The notes under the pieces: generated by a model
The model's input: only the letters and a program-made list of their open reading frames with translations
What the model was told of the DNA's origin: nothing
The model's database searches: none
Position numbers and translations under genes: made by a program
Shown here: positions 1 through 11,162 of the stretch, in pieces
How the letters are laid out: each line of letters begins with the position of its first letter
How positions within the stretch are numbered: the stretch's first letter is position 1
Assembly (NCBI GenBank): GCA_037189525.1
Contig: JBBCJC010000002.1
Location: 544,001 to 608,000, forward strand
Direction of reading: 5' to 3'
DNA: 64,000 nucleotides
DNA from: Gemmatimonadales bacterium
Lineage (GTDB): Bacteria > Gemmatimonadota > Gemmatimonadetes > Gemmatimonadales > GWC2-71-9

Positions 1-2
1 CC

Positions 3-446
3 GTGTTCCAGATCGCCACCATGAGTGAGCGCCTGGAGCGCACCGGCGCCGAGGCCAGGTTCAACACCCGGTTGCTCAGCATCCTCGGCGCGATCGGATT
101 GGGGCTCGCGATCGGCGGGATCTACAGCGTGATCGCCTTCTTCGTCAACCGGCGCACCCGCGAACTCGGGGTTCGGATGGCGCTCGGTGCCTCCGCAGCG
201 GACATTCGGCGCCTGGTGCTGCGGCAGGGGCTTGGCCCCGTCGTCGTGGGCATCGGGGTGGGCCTGGTCGGGTCGATCGCCCTGACACGCTTGCTGTCCG
301 GTCAGCTTCGCGGCGTCAGCGCGACCGATCCGATCACGCTGGCCGGAGTCACGCTCCTGCTCCTCCTCGTGGCAGCAGCAGCGACGGTGCTACCGGCGCG
401 CCGGGCCACTCGCATCGACGCCACCGTGGCGATGCGGGAAGAGTAG
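3..446 (+). CDS. ABC transporter permease, FtsX/MacB-like (ADOP-type), C-terminal part; 5' end lies outside the window
   Basis: GIYSVIAFFVNRRTRELGVRMALGA and C-terminal PARRATRID motifs of FtsX-domain permeases. Confidence 0.9.
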   Translation: MFQIATMSERLERTGAEARFNTRLLSILGAIGLGLAIGGIYSVIAFFVNRRTRELGVRMALGASAADIRRLVLRQGLGPVVVGIGVGLVGSIALTRLLSGQLRGVSATDPITLAGVTLLLLLVAAAATVLPARRATRIDATVAMREE

Positions 447-460
447 TAGTCGGCGCGGCG

Positions 461-940
461 CTACTTCCGCCGGACCGACCAGGTGCCGCTGACGCGCCGC
501 GACGACTGGACCAGATACGACGTGAACGTGCCGCGCAGTTCGTTGCCCTGAATGACGCCGTCGAACGCCGTCCGGACCTGCTCACCGGTGTCCGGATCAG
601 GGTACGGGTCGATCCAGCCCGTGATCTCGTTTCCTTCGCATCGTACGAAGCTGATGCGGAGCACCTGCGGTCCAGGCCGGTCGATCCGGGCGTTCGGAGT
701 TACTTGCGGATTCCGGGCGTAGTCGGCGGGCATCATGACGACGTCACCCCAGGCCGTATCGGCGCCAGCGGACAGGGTGAAGACGATCGAACCGTCCCGT
801 CCGGTGTCGGGACTGCGATACTCACCGACCCAATGGCCGACCAGCGGTTCGACCGGCCCCTGGACCGGGATCGGCATGCCCGGACCTGCGCATCCCGCTG
901 CCATCAGCACTGCCGCGCCCAGCGCCCATCCTCGTGTCAT
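461..940 (-). CDS. Hypothetical lipoprotein
   Basis: Signal peptide ending in lipobox AAGC; GAGG upstream; beta-rich body. Confidence 0.7.
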   Translation of the reverse strand: MTRGWALGAAVLMAAGCAGPGMPIPVQGPVEPLVGHWVGEYRSPDTGRDGSIVFTLSAGADTAWGDVVMMPADYARNPQVTPNARIDRPGPQVLRISFVRCEGNEITGWIDPYPDPDTGEQVRTAFDGVIQGNELRGTFTSYLVQSSRRVSGTWSVRRK

Positions 941-1065
941 TGCTGCCTCGCCCTCGTGTCTGACCTGATCTTAGGTCGGCGACCATGAAGGGGCCGTGAA
1001 ATCCGAGCGAAACACGCGGTGGCGCGGGCTCTGGTCGGAGCGGGCCCGTGAGGTTAGCATGAGGC

Positions 1066-2163
1066 ATGTTGGTTTTGCTTCTGGCGCTGCAGATTGCAGT
1101 CCCGCGGCCCGCCGTACCTGCGCGTGATTCGATTCCGTTTGCCCGGACTATTTCGGAAATCTCCGAGTCGGGCGGCTACTTCGATACCGACAATCTGATC
1201 TCGAACGAGTCATCCTACCTGCACATTGCCGGGGTGTTGCGAAGCGAGGCGCCCAAGGGAGGCGCTTACATCGGCGTCGGTCCGGATCAGAACTATTCCT
1301 ATATCGCGGCGGTGCGTCCGTCGATTGCCTTCATCGTCGACTTGCGGCGAGACAATCAGCTGTTGCATCTGCTCTATAAGGCATTGTTCGAGACCTCGCG
1401 CAATCGGCTGGATTTCCTGTGTCTGCTGTTCGGGCGGACGCCTCCGGACGATCTCAACGTCTGGAACACCCGCTCGCTGAGCGAGTTGCTCGACGCGGTG
1501 GGCAAGCTGCCGGCCGATACGGGCCGCCATCGTCGAACCCATGCGGCATTGCTCGAGCGGATTCGCGGGTACGGCGTTCCGCTTGCTGCGGTGGATGTGT
1601 CGACCCTGCGCCGTTTCCACGATGAGTTCCTTCGCTCCGGACTGGAACTCCGCTTTGCGACCTACGGGCGCGGTCCCCGCTCGTACTATCCGACCATTCG
1701 CCAGCTCTATCTCGAGAAGGATCTGGCCGGTCGGGAGGCGAGTTATCTGGCGCGGGAAGATGACTTCCGCTTCGTGCAGACCTTGCAGCGACGTGGTCGA
1801 GTGTTGCCGATCGTTGGGGATTTCGGAGGCACCCACGCTTTCCGGGAAATTGGAAAGCTGCTCAGTGAGCGCGGCTTGAAGATGTCACTCTTCTATACTT
1901 CGAATGTCGAGTTCTATCTGTTCCGGCAGCAGACCTTCCGGCGCTATGTCGACAACGTGCGCGCGCTGCCCTGGGATGCCAAGGGCCTGATTGCGCGAAG
2001 CTACTTCGGCGGGGTCATGGGTCAATCGCACCCGCAGGCTCGGCCGGGCTACGCCAGTGTCCAGCTGCTGCAGACCGCGGCGAGTTTTCGGGAGCGGACC
2101 ATGCAGCCGGAGCGGGTGTCGTACTGGCAGCTGGTGACGGAGGACGCGCTCCCCGTCAAATGA
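1066..2163 (+). CDS. Conserved hypothetical secreted protein (LIC_10091-like, possibly methyltransferase-like fold)
   Basis: 365-aa ORF; hydrophobic N-terminus; conserved-looking FDTDNLISNE, YIGVGPDQNY and FYTSNVEFYL segments. Confidence 0.7.
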   Translation: MLVLLLALQIAVPRPAVPARDSIPFARTISEISESGGYFDTDNLISNESSYLHIAGVLRSEAPKGGAYIGVGPDQNYSYIAAVRPSIAFIVDLRRDNQLLHLLYKALFETSRNRLDFLCLLFGRTPPDDLNVWNTRSLSELLDAVGKLPADTGRHRRTHAALLERIRGYGVPLAAVDVSTLRRFHDEFLRSGLELRFATYGRGPRSYYPTIRQLYLEKDLAGREASYLAREDDFRFVQTLQRRGRVLPIVGDFGGTHAFREIGKLLSERGLKMSLFYTSNVEFYLFRQQTFRRYVDNVRALPWDAKGLIARSYFGGVMGQSHPQARPGYASVQLLQTAASFRERTMQPERVSYWQLVTEDALPVK

Positions 2164-2190
2164 GCGCGTCCCGGCAGGCGAAGGTGTTGC

Positions 2191-2913
2191 TCAGCGAGGG
2201 ATGGTAAAGAGCCGACCCCACCGCACGTTGGAGAGGATCGGAAGCGGCTTGTAGGTCTCGGGGTCGTAGCTGTAGTACACGATGATCGGCGAGCCCTCGA
2301 CGTTAGCCCGTGGCAGGAACCCCCAGTAACGCCCGTCGTACGACTCGCTCCGGTTGTCTCCCATCACGAAGTACGTCTCCGCCGGCACCACGATGGGACC
2401 CCAGTCGTTGGGCGTTGGTACGTACGTCGCGGTGTCCGCACCGACCAGGTAGCGCACCTGCCAGCGCCGGATCTGCGCGTCGCCGGCCGGATCGGACGGC
2501 ATCAGCCGCGGGCCGGTGGGTACCCACGGTTCCTCGATGGTTGCCCCGTTCCGGACCAGAATCCCGTTCTGCATGGCAAGGGTGTCGCCGGTCATGCCCA
2601 CGATCCGTTTGACGACGGTCAGGTCCGGCGTCTCGACTGACTCGAAGACGACGATGTCGCCCAGTTTGGGTTGCCGGATGGCCGGTAGCCGGGCATTGGT
2701 CAGCGGAATCCGGGGGCCGTAGAGCAGTTTATTGACGAAGAGGACGTCACCGACGAGGAGCGTGTTCTCCATGCTCGACGAGGTGATCCGGAAGGCCTTG
2801 AACAGGAAGGAACTGACCAGGAACCAGATGGCCAGTGCGACCACGATGGTCTTGGCCCAGCTCAAGAGCCATCCGCCGGCGCCGGTGGGCGCCGCTTTCG
2901 CGTTTTTGGCCAT
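2191..2913 (-). CDS. lepB: Signal peptidase I
   Basis: One TM helix, SSSMENTL (catalytic Ser), VKRIVG (catalytic Lys), MGDNRSESYDGRYWG. Confidence 0.95.
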   Translation of the reverse strand: MAKNAKAAPTGAGGWLLSWAKTIVVALAIWFLVSSFLFKAFRITSSSMENTLLVGDVLFVNKLLYGPRIPLTNARLPAIRQPKLGDIVVFESVETPDLTVVKRIVGMTGDTLAMQNGILVRNGATIEEPWVPTGPRLMPSDPAGDAQIRRWQVRYLVGADTATYVPTPNDWGPIVVPAETYFVMGDNRSESYDGRYWGFLPRANVEGSPIIVYYSYDPETYKPLPILSNVRWGRLFTIPR

Positions 2914-2938
2914 GCTCAGATCCCTTCCGTGCCGGTCG

Positions 2939-4087
2939 TCAGATCTTGAGGATCCAGCCCCGTCGTTCGAGGCCGAGCAGGATCAGGTACCAGACCAGCA
3001 CGAAGCTGAGCGCGTAGGCGAGTGACGCCGGTTGGGGAGGAAGCCATGCCTCGAATGTAGTCTGGTAGATGGCTCGTTGGAGCGGGATCGACTGCCCGTC
3101 CACGGGGACCCGAATCAGGCTCCCCATCAGCTTGGCCATCAGCCCCGATCCCGCAAATGCCACCATTGGATTGAGTCCATAGGTCACCAGTGGCCGAGCC
3201 CAGCGGTGATGGCCGCGGACGTCGACCACCCAGCTGACGGTGGCGAGGGTCAAGGCGGCCAGCCCGGCCGAGAGAAGGACGTAGGAACTGGTCCAGAGGC
3301 TCTTATTGATCGGGAAGACCCATCCCCAGACCGCCCCGCCCACGGCCGCAAGCGCGCCGCCGGCAAACAGCCCGTTGAGTCGCTCGGCCAGCGGCAGCTC
3401 GCGCTGCATCCATCGACCGGTCAGCACACCGAGCAGGGTGGTGCCGATGGCGGGAAAGGTCGAGAGGATGCCCTCGGGGTCCCAGGTGCGCGACTGCGAC
3501 CACAGGTGCCCGTCGAGTACGGCCCGGTCGAGCCATGCGGCCAGAGTCGCTTCGGGCGGATCGAGCGTCGCCGGTCCGATTCCTGGTACCGGAACCAGCG
3601 TCATCGCGGCCCAATAGCCAAGCAGCAACGCGGCAATCGTCAGGGCCACGGTACGGCTCGGCCGGCGCCAGGCCAGCAGCGCAGCTGCCGCGTAGCAGAC
3701 CCCGATCCGTTGCAGCACCCCGGGAATGCGCAGCGTCTCCAAGCGCTCCAGCGGAAAGAACGGAAAGGCCGCCAGCCCCAGGCCGATCAGGGCGATCAAG
3801 CCGCCGCGGCGCAGCACCTGGCGGCGGATGGCTCCGTCGGATGCCCCGGCTGACGCGCGTCGGCCGAGTGAGAGTTCGGTGGTGATGCCGACGATGAACA
3901 GGAAGAAGGGAAAGACGAGGTCGGTGGGTGTCCAGCCGTGCCAGACGGCGTGGCGCAGCGGCGGATAGATCGCTGCCCAGGTGCCGGGGTTGTTGACCAG
4001 CAGCATGCCGGCGACGGTTGCGCCGCGCACGATGTCGAGGGAGAGCCAGCGACCGCGCTGTGTCTGATGGCCAGCGATCGGGGTCAT
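2939..4087 (-). CDS. Heparan-alpha-glucosaminide N-acetyltransferase-like membrane acyltransferase (NagX/DUF5009-like)
   Basis: [39 protein letters not shown], DPEG and [11 protein letters not shown] motifs. Confidence 0.88.
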   Translation of the reverse strand: [382 protein letters not shown]

Positions 4088-4267
4088 CGAGCGGATACCT
4101 CGGCGGGTTAGCGAGGGACCGACCTGCCTGTCCCGGAATGATAACGGGAGCCTGGTCCGAAGGTTGCCGGAAGAGTTGGGGTTTGGGCGGGTAGGGGTGG
4201 CCGCGCGCCGCGCTGTCGTGATAGAAGGATCCAGCAGCGTTCCGTTTCAGGAGATGGAGTGTTTCCG

Positions 4268-4606
4268 ATGGGTAGAGCCGGATTGATCTGGGTGCTCGGG
4301 GTGGCTGCGCTCGCGGGATGCGGTGAGTCGGATCCGACGGCGCCGACGGAACCGAACACGGTCCTGGTGACCACGAATCAGTTTACGCCGTCACAGCTGT
4401 CGGTCACGCCGGGAACGACGGTGACCTGGCGTTGGCAGAGCGGCGAGCACGATCTGACGTTCGAGGACGGGGTCGGTAACGTTGCGGCGAAGAGCAGCGG
4501 CAGCAGTACCAGAAACTTCGGCACGAGCGGCAGCTTTCGGTATCGCTGCGTGATTCATTCGTCGAGTTATACTGTCGGGATGGTGGGGTCGGTCCAGGTG
4601 CAGTAG
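4268..4606 (+). CDS. Cupredoxin (plastocyanin/azurin-like) lipoprotein
   Basis: Lipobox LAGC; type-1 copper ligands H (GEHDL) and C-x2-H...M (YRCVIH...GMVG). Confidence 0.85.
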   Translation: MGRAGLIWVLGVAALAGCGESDPTAPTEPNTVLVTTNQFTPSQLSVTPGTTVTWRWQSGEHDLTFEDGVGNVAAKSSGSSTRNFGTSGSFRYRCVIHSSSYTVGMVGSVQVQ

Positions 4607-4628
4607 GACCATCCGACGCAAACGCACA

Positions 4629-4655
4629 CCGGCCGGAGCTGATCGCTCCGGCCGG
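4629..4655. terminator. Hairpin between convergent genes, probable terminator
   Basis: Perfect 11-bp stem CCGGCCGGAGC/GCTCCGGCCGG with a 5-nt loop. Confidence 0.6.
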
Positions 4656-4681
4656 CGCGTACTCCCACTGCCAAAATACTT

Positions 4682-6168
<1,487 letters not shown>

Positions 6169-6172
<4 letters not shown>

Positions 6173-7125
6173 GATATCTCCCCCTCGATGAGCTTCTCGG
6201 CCGTTGCGACGAAGAGCAGCGGGCCTTTGGTGGTTGCGTGCGGTGGTAGTGAACGATAGGTGGTCCGGCCGAATCCAGCGGCCTGGCACCAGCTCCGGAT
6301 CGTCTCGGCATCGAAGCCGAGCCACTGGTGACCCATGGTTTCGCGATAGGCCGCCTGTTCGTGCGGCATCATGTCGACCACGATGAGCTTGCCGCGGTTG
6401 CGCAGGATTCGAAACGCTTCCTGCGTAGCGCGCGCCGGTTCGGGAAGGTGGTGCAGGACCAGCGACATCACGGCGAGGTCGGCCGATCCGGGTTCGAGCG
6501 GCAGCGCTTCCAGCGTGCCGTGGCGGCAGTCGACGTTGGCGAGGTCGCGGCAGCGCTCCGCAGCAACCTGCAGCATCGCATCGGATTCATCGATGGCGAC
6601 CACGCGGTGGACCAGCGGCGCCAGCCCCGCAGTCAGCTGCCCGCTGCCACATCCCAGATCGGCGATGGTCCATTCCGGGTCGAGGAGTCCGCCTAGGCAG
6701 AGCCATTCGGCGGCAGGACCGAACAGTTCGGTTCGGAGCTTGTCCCATTCGCCGGCGCTACTCGAGAAAAAAGCCTGGCTCCGGACCCGGCGTTCGGCCA
6801 GGATCGTGGCCAGGCGCGCGGCGTCGCGGATTGCCGGGGGTGTGCCCGCCAACTGTCCGCGGACGACCGACCAGAGCTGGCGTGCCCCGTCGTCCAGAGT
6901 GGGGACAGCCAGCCGGTACCAGTTGCTGGTTCCGTCGGCACGACTGGTAATCCACCCCTCATCGGCCAACACCTTCAGATGGCGGCTGACGGTCGACTGG
7001 GGAAGCTGCAGGATGGCTCTAAGTTCATTGACGACAAGATCTTGCCGCTCCAGCGCCAGCAGGATGCGGCACCGGATCGGGTCCGAGAGAGCGGCCAGGC
7101 GATCGAAGACGGCTAATTGTGTCAT
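6169..7125 (-). CDS. ArsR-family HTH fused to a class I SAM-methyltransferase-like domain (SahR-like regulator)
   Basis: [11 protein letters not shown]...[11 protein letters not shown] winged HTH, then DLGCGSG SAM motif and HQWLGF; coupled to ahcY; start set at MTQL. Confidence 0.9.
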
Positions 7126-7171
7126 CCGTATATCCGGATGATATGTTAAAGCTAACAGCATTGTGCGTCAA
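7122..7171 (-). promoter_or_regulatory. Sigma70 promoter and palindromic operator of the sahR-like/ahcY operon
   Basis: TTGACG (7171-7166), 17-nt spacer, TAACAT (7148-7143); 20-bp palindrome TCATCCG-N6-CGGATGA (7122-7141) over the predicted TSS and start codon. Confidence 0.75.
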
Positions 7172-7435
7172 GACACGTTCCGGATTTAACCATCAAACAA
7201 AAAGGGAGCTCTTCGACTCCCCCGTGCTAGGCCTACCCACACGCATGATGGTGGAGCTCTGGTGACGCAACGACTTCTGCGAAGCTGCCCAATGTCGAAA
7301 TGGTTGTACACACACTTGGTAGACAAGACCTATTAGAGTTTCAGTACGCGCTGTCGATGGACCACCCTTTTATGGCGTTTTCATGAAGTTATCGTCATGT
7401 GACAACGAAGAGCATCGCAAGCTGCCTAGGAACTA

Positions 7436-7464
7436 TTGACAAAGTCACCACTAAATCGTACCGT
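7436..7464 (+). promoter_or_regulatory. Candidate sigma70 promoter for the island cassette
   Basis: TTGACA, 17-nt spacer, TACCGT. Confidence 0.55.
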
Positions 7465-7528
7465 GGTTTTGTTCACTGTGTAACAGCCTTTTCGGTTCGC
7501 GGTTGGTCAGCACCGAGGTCTGATACGC

Positions 7529-8770
7529 ATGATGAAAGCATGCGCCGAGATCCCCAAGCAACTTCCTACCGGGCTTTGTCAACAAAGCCTCCACACCCGT
7601 ACGGTCGCGATTCACCGACGGGTCTTTGAAATAAAATTCGTGTCTGCTGCGTTGATCATATTTGCGATCGTACCAGTGGTCTCTTGCATTAGCGGGGGCA
7701 ATGATCCGACTAGATTTGATGGTACTTGGACTCCTACCCGCTCAGTCTCCGACGGTGGGACGGCTCAGCTTTCCCTTAAGCAGATACAGACACTTGGCTC
7801 GGCCGATGGTCCAATAGTATTCGGCCGTATTGGTCGCGGCGCGATTAGTGGTGACAGCATTCTTGTTGTCAATGATATGGTAGCCTGTGATGTCGTCTTT
7901 ATTCGTCCGGTCTCGCGCACTCTGCTGGGTCGGTTCGGCCAGTGTGCTTCTGGGCCGGGAGGATTTCGCGCTATCTCATCGCTCCAATTCTATGGTGACA
8001 CTCTAGTCGTATTCGATGGGGGGGTGCGCCAGCTCATCTTTGTGGAGCCTCCGGGGCGTGAGATATATCGCGTAACTATCGATCCAACCGCAAGTATTTT
8101 GTCACCTGTCGAAGTGTATGTCGTTGACGACTCATCACTCGTCGTGGTGGCTTCTGTGCGTTCTGGTACGGAAGATGATGCGGGCGGGTTTTTACTATCT
8201 CTGGTCGACCGTCGAAACGGTAAAACGATCCGACAGGTGCTACGTCCTCCTCCAGTTGGACGGGGCGCTCTTACCCCCACATTCAGTAATGTTACGGCTT
8301 GCGTGGCATCGCCAAACGATGATCGTCGCATATTTGTTGCCAATCAGTGGAAGTTTCAGGTGGTCAGTTTAGGACTGCCTGAACTACGCAATGGAACATC
8401 GTTTGAGAGGCCGGTCTCGTGGGTCCGACCTGTCTCCCACCCCAACAATCCCAATTCACTGCTTCCATCTACTGGTGTGTTCGGCGTTGCTTGCGCGTCA
8501 ACTTTCTTTGCTGTGTGGTATTCAGGGCGGATGGGACGTCATCCCTCCGCTAAGTTTCCCTATGCGCACCTTGCTATTTGGGATTATACAGGGAATTTAG
8601 TTTTTGAATCGGATAAGCGGGAGGACAGCGGTATTTCGTTAGAACGCGTGCTGGTTGCTACTGAAAATCGGCTGTTCTTCAGAGGGGAGGATAGCCGAGG
8701 GATACCCATTGTCGTTGAGTATGGTTTTCGAGATAGTGACAGTGAGATCTTTCGTGCTGGCCACCGGTAA
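7529..8770 (+). CDS. 6-bladed beta-propeller (TolB/NHL-like) protein, probable lipoprotein; true start probably further downstream
   Basis: Hydrophobic stretch ending VVS-C; FGQCASGPGGF resembles the GxxGxGPGEF propeller motif; repeated blade-like strands (GDSILVVND, GDTLVVFD, IWDYTGN). Confidence 0.7.
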   Translation: MMKACAEIPKQLPTGLCQQSLHTRTVAIHRRVFEIKFVSAALIIFAIVPVVSCISGGNDPTRFDGTWTPTRSVSDGGTAQLSLKQIQTLGSADGPIVFGRIGRGAISGDSILVVNDMVACDVVFIRPVSRTLLGRFGQCASGPGGFRAISSLQFYGDTLVVFDGGVRQLIFVEPPGREIYRVTIDPTASILSPVEVYVVDDSSLVVVASVRSGTEDDAGGFLLSLVDRRNGKTIRQVLRPPPVGRGALTPTFSNVTACVASPNDDRRIFVANQWKFQVVSLGLPELRNGTSFERPVSWVRPVSHPNNPNSLLPSTGVFGVACASTFFAVWYSGRMGRHPSAKFPYAHLAIWDYTGNLVFESDKREDSGISLERVLVATENRLFFRGEDSRGIPIVVEYGFRDSDSEIFRAGHR

Positions 8771-8788
8771 TGTAGTCCTGTAATCGGA

Positions 8789-9430
8789 ATGAGGGCTATA
8801 GCGATGACATCTCCAACGCCGCCCTTTATACGACTAGTCTTGATAGCGGCGATCTTATCCAACATGGGTCTTGCGTGGCGCAGCATCCATGTAGAACGAA
8901 AGATCACGAACCGCCTCCAAAGCGCAGATTCGCTAGTGGGTGCACTGTCGGCTGATAAGAAAACTGCTGCCTACGAGCGTGCAGCCCTCATACGATCGTT
9001 GGGCAGAATGCCATTGAGTCAGCCATTTCTTTCTGGAATACCATCGTTTGATTCCACGACTAGGATAACCTACGAACCCGCGGACGGCGTCTACTACCTA
9101 ATCTCTCCAACGTGTCGCGCTTGCGATATCAACTACCCGTTTTTGGATTCACTGGCGCGCCATACCCGGCTTCGTGTTGTCGCCATCTCTCGCGATGCCT
9201 CGCCGTCTGACTTATATCGATACGTTGAGGACCGCAAGTTCACCTTCCCACTCCTTGCCGCCCCTGCGGGCTATGTCGAGCATATAACACCACAATGGGC
9301 AACCCCATTATCTGTCATAGTCCTCGGAGGAAAGCTGCACTCTATAGTTGCGGGCCGCCTCGACGATAACACCCAGCGTGATCTTTTTGCCCTGGAGCCC
9401 CAAGTGACGGAGTCGAATGGAAGGAAATGA
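8789..9430 (+). CDS. Membrane-anchored thioredoxin-fold (TlpA/redoxin-like) protein
   Basis: N-terminal TM helix; ISPTCRAC (CxxC), VVAISRD, FTFPLL and ATPLSVIV (cis-Pro loop). Confidence 0.75.
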   Translation: MRAIAMTSPTPPFIRLVLIAAILSNMGLAWRSIHVERKITNRLQSADSLVGALSADKKTAAYERAALIRSLGRMPLSQPFLSGIPSFDSTTRITYEPADGVYYLISPTCRACDINYPFLDSLARHTRLRVVAISRDASPSDLYRYVEDRKFTFPLLAAPAGYVEHITPQWATPLSVIVLGGKLHSIVAGRLDDNTQRDLFALEPQVTESNGRK

Positions 9431-9474
9431 TTTTCTGATGTTCGCGTCGTGATCTTTTCTCAAAGGAGAGGAAA

Positions 9475-9747
9475 ATGATACGTATTCATGCTCGTACATG
9501 GCCCAAGAAGCTAGCATTGGTTTTTGCTCTTCTTGTTCCTCCTCTGGCCGTCACTTTTTTCCCTCGGGATGCTCAGGCGCAATTTTGGGATTTCTGCGAC
9601 TACACCACTCATGGGGTATGTTGTGAGTGTATCTATGGGATGGGGCATCCCGATGACATCAGTGACTGCGCATTTGGGGCGATTATTGGTAAGGAGACGT
9701 GTAATGCCTATTCGAACATTTGTGTCGGATATTGCCAAGTGGGTTAG
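9475..9747 (+). CDS. Secreted cysteine-rich peptide (35-aa signal peptide, 55-aa mature part with 8 Cys)
   Basis: Strong SD AAAGGAGAGG; Sec signal ending AQA; mature QFWDFC...YCQVG; followed by a terminator. Confidence 0.8.
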   Translation: MIRIHARTWPKKLALVFALLVPPLAVTFFPRDAQAQFWDFCDYTTHGVCCECIYGMGHPDDISDCAFGAIIGKETCNAYSNICVGYCQVG

Positions 9748-9819
9748 TGTGTGGGAACTGAAGGCTTGTTAGGCTCCAGCTCTTTAGCGTCAAAGGTTGT
9801 TCGAGGTGATCGATTAAAG

Positions 9820-9860
9820 AAATGGCGGGGAAGTCAATGAGACTTCCCCGCCATTTTCTT
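9820..9860. terminator. Bidirectional intrinsic terminator
   Basis: 16-bp stem AAATGGCGGGGAAGTC/GACTTCCCCGCCATTT with A- and T-tracts, between convergent genes. Confidence 0.85.
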
Positions 9861-9886
9861 GTCCTAGCAGACTGTCAGATTAGTGA

Positions 9887-11143
9887 TCAGCCGGGTCCGA
9901 GGTTCGGATTGTTATCACGCTCGGTCCGCGGAATCGGGAAGCAGGTCTGGTCGCTGACCGGGGCAAAGCCCGGCTTCCAGTACGTGCTGCCCGGCACCGG
10001 AACATTCCGTACCGCAGCGCCGTTGCGGCGGAGATCACCCAGCCGCTTGCCTTCCAGGTAGAACTCGACGGCGCGCTGATCTTCGAACTCGGCCAGCACC
10101 GCGGCATCGCCCGTATCTCCGCTGTATGCCGGCTGGTCGTTGGCTGCACGGCGAGCCTGGATCAGGTCGAGCATGGCTGCAGTGCCCTGCGCCTCCGCTG
10201 CGATGTAGTCGGCCTCGAGCTTCGAAGCCAATCGGATCGGCGTCGCGAACCCGGTGTACTTGTTCTGGATCGCGTACGGTATGCCGCGCTGGGTGGCGTA
10301 GGCCGCATCCTGTGGCAGCAGGTTGGACGGCGCGATGCGCCACGGTAACCGCGGATCGTCGATCCGGTACGCCGGGGGGACGGCGTTGGAACCGCGATCG
10401 GCGATGAACTGCCAGATCCGGTTGCCGAGACGGGCACGCTGAGCGAGATCGTCGAAGGTGGTGACATTGTAGACGAAACCCGCCGGCACGGCATTGGCAT
10501 CCGTGAGCGCGTTCGGCTTTCGGCCGGCCTGGAGGTGCGCACGAGCCCGTCCAACCAGCGCCGCACGAGCAATCGAGAGACCCTCCGCGTTGTTGAGCGC
10601 GGTGCCCTGCGTGTTGGCTGCCGTGAAATGGGCGACGGCGGAGTCGAGCAACTGAGCAGTCGACAACTCGGGACCGCTCACCACCGTGCCCGAGCAGAAT
10701 TGCTCGGCCAGGTTGAGGAATGCCCAGCCCAGGGTGTGGTGCGACCGGATGTACGCGACGTTCGATGCCGCATTCGGAAGCTCGATACCCAGGACGAGGT
10801 ACGCCTGGGCAATGCCCTGGTGGACCGGGAACCAAACCTCGTCACGATGGCTGGTATTGGTCGGGTCGACTGCGCGCCGGCCGAACTCGTTCCGGGTCGG
10901 GAACGTTTCCGACACGTCCGACTCTCCGGTGAACCAGCCGGAGTACATGATCAGCCAGCCGTATGCCGCCGAGAAGGACTGCGAGGCCGAGGCCGCCAGA
11001 ACGGGTGCGTCTTCAGGCGGATTGGTGACTTTGACGTCGACCACCGTCGGGTTGGTCACCTGTAGCCACTCGGTGCAACCGCCCAGGCCGAGCCCGAGCG
11101 AGGCGATGGCGAGGGCCCGGGAGAGCGTGTTAGTGCGAATCAT
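9887..11143 (-). CDS. RagB/SusD-family outer-membrane lipoprotein
   Basis: Lipobox LGGC; C-terminal QRAVEFYLEGKRLGDLRR and FPIPRTE; directly after susC-like gene. Confidence 0.9.
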   Translation of the reverse strand: MIRTNTLSRALAIASLGLGLGGCTEWLQVTNPTVVDVKVTNPPEDAPVLAASASQSFSAAYGWLIMYSGWFTGESDVSETFPTRNEFGRRAVDPTNTSHRDEVWFPVHQGIAQAYLVLGIELPNAASNVAYIRSHHTLGWAFLNLAEQFCSGTVVSGPELSTAQLLDSAVAHFTAANTQGTALNNAEGLSIARAALVGRARAHLQAGRKPNALTDANAVPAGFVYNVTTFDDLAQRARLGNRIWQFIADRGSNAVPPAYRIDDPRLPWRIAPSNLLPQDAAYATQRGIPYAIQNKYTGFATPIRLASKLEADYIAAEAQGTAAMLDLIQARRAANDQPAYSGDTGDAAVLAEFEDQRAVEFYLEGKRLGDLRRNGAAVRNVPVPGSTYWKPGFAPVSDQTCFPIPRTERDNNPNLGPG

Positions 11144-11162
11144 GGTAAGTACGTCTCCCTTG

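Larger units (their letters stand above)
7190..9880. other. Low-GC island carrying a three-gene cassette
   Basis: Spot counts 25/60 (8581-8640) and 30/60 (9601-9660) G+C versus 40/60 in the flank (10081-10140); many A/T-ending codons; boundaries approximate. Confidence 0.8.

Noticed and set aside
6173..6325. SAH/SAM riboswitch or long N-terminal extension for ahcY
   Set aside because: The region is coding sequence of the upstream regulator, and the GTGA overlap fixes the ahcY start at 6172
7399..7629. 76-aa ORF at the island's left edge
   Set aside because: No SD or recognisable features, and it spans the predicted promoter
7190..9880. Island as an autonomous mobile element
   Set aside because: No integrase, transposase, tRNA target or flanking direct repeats seen
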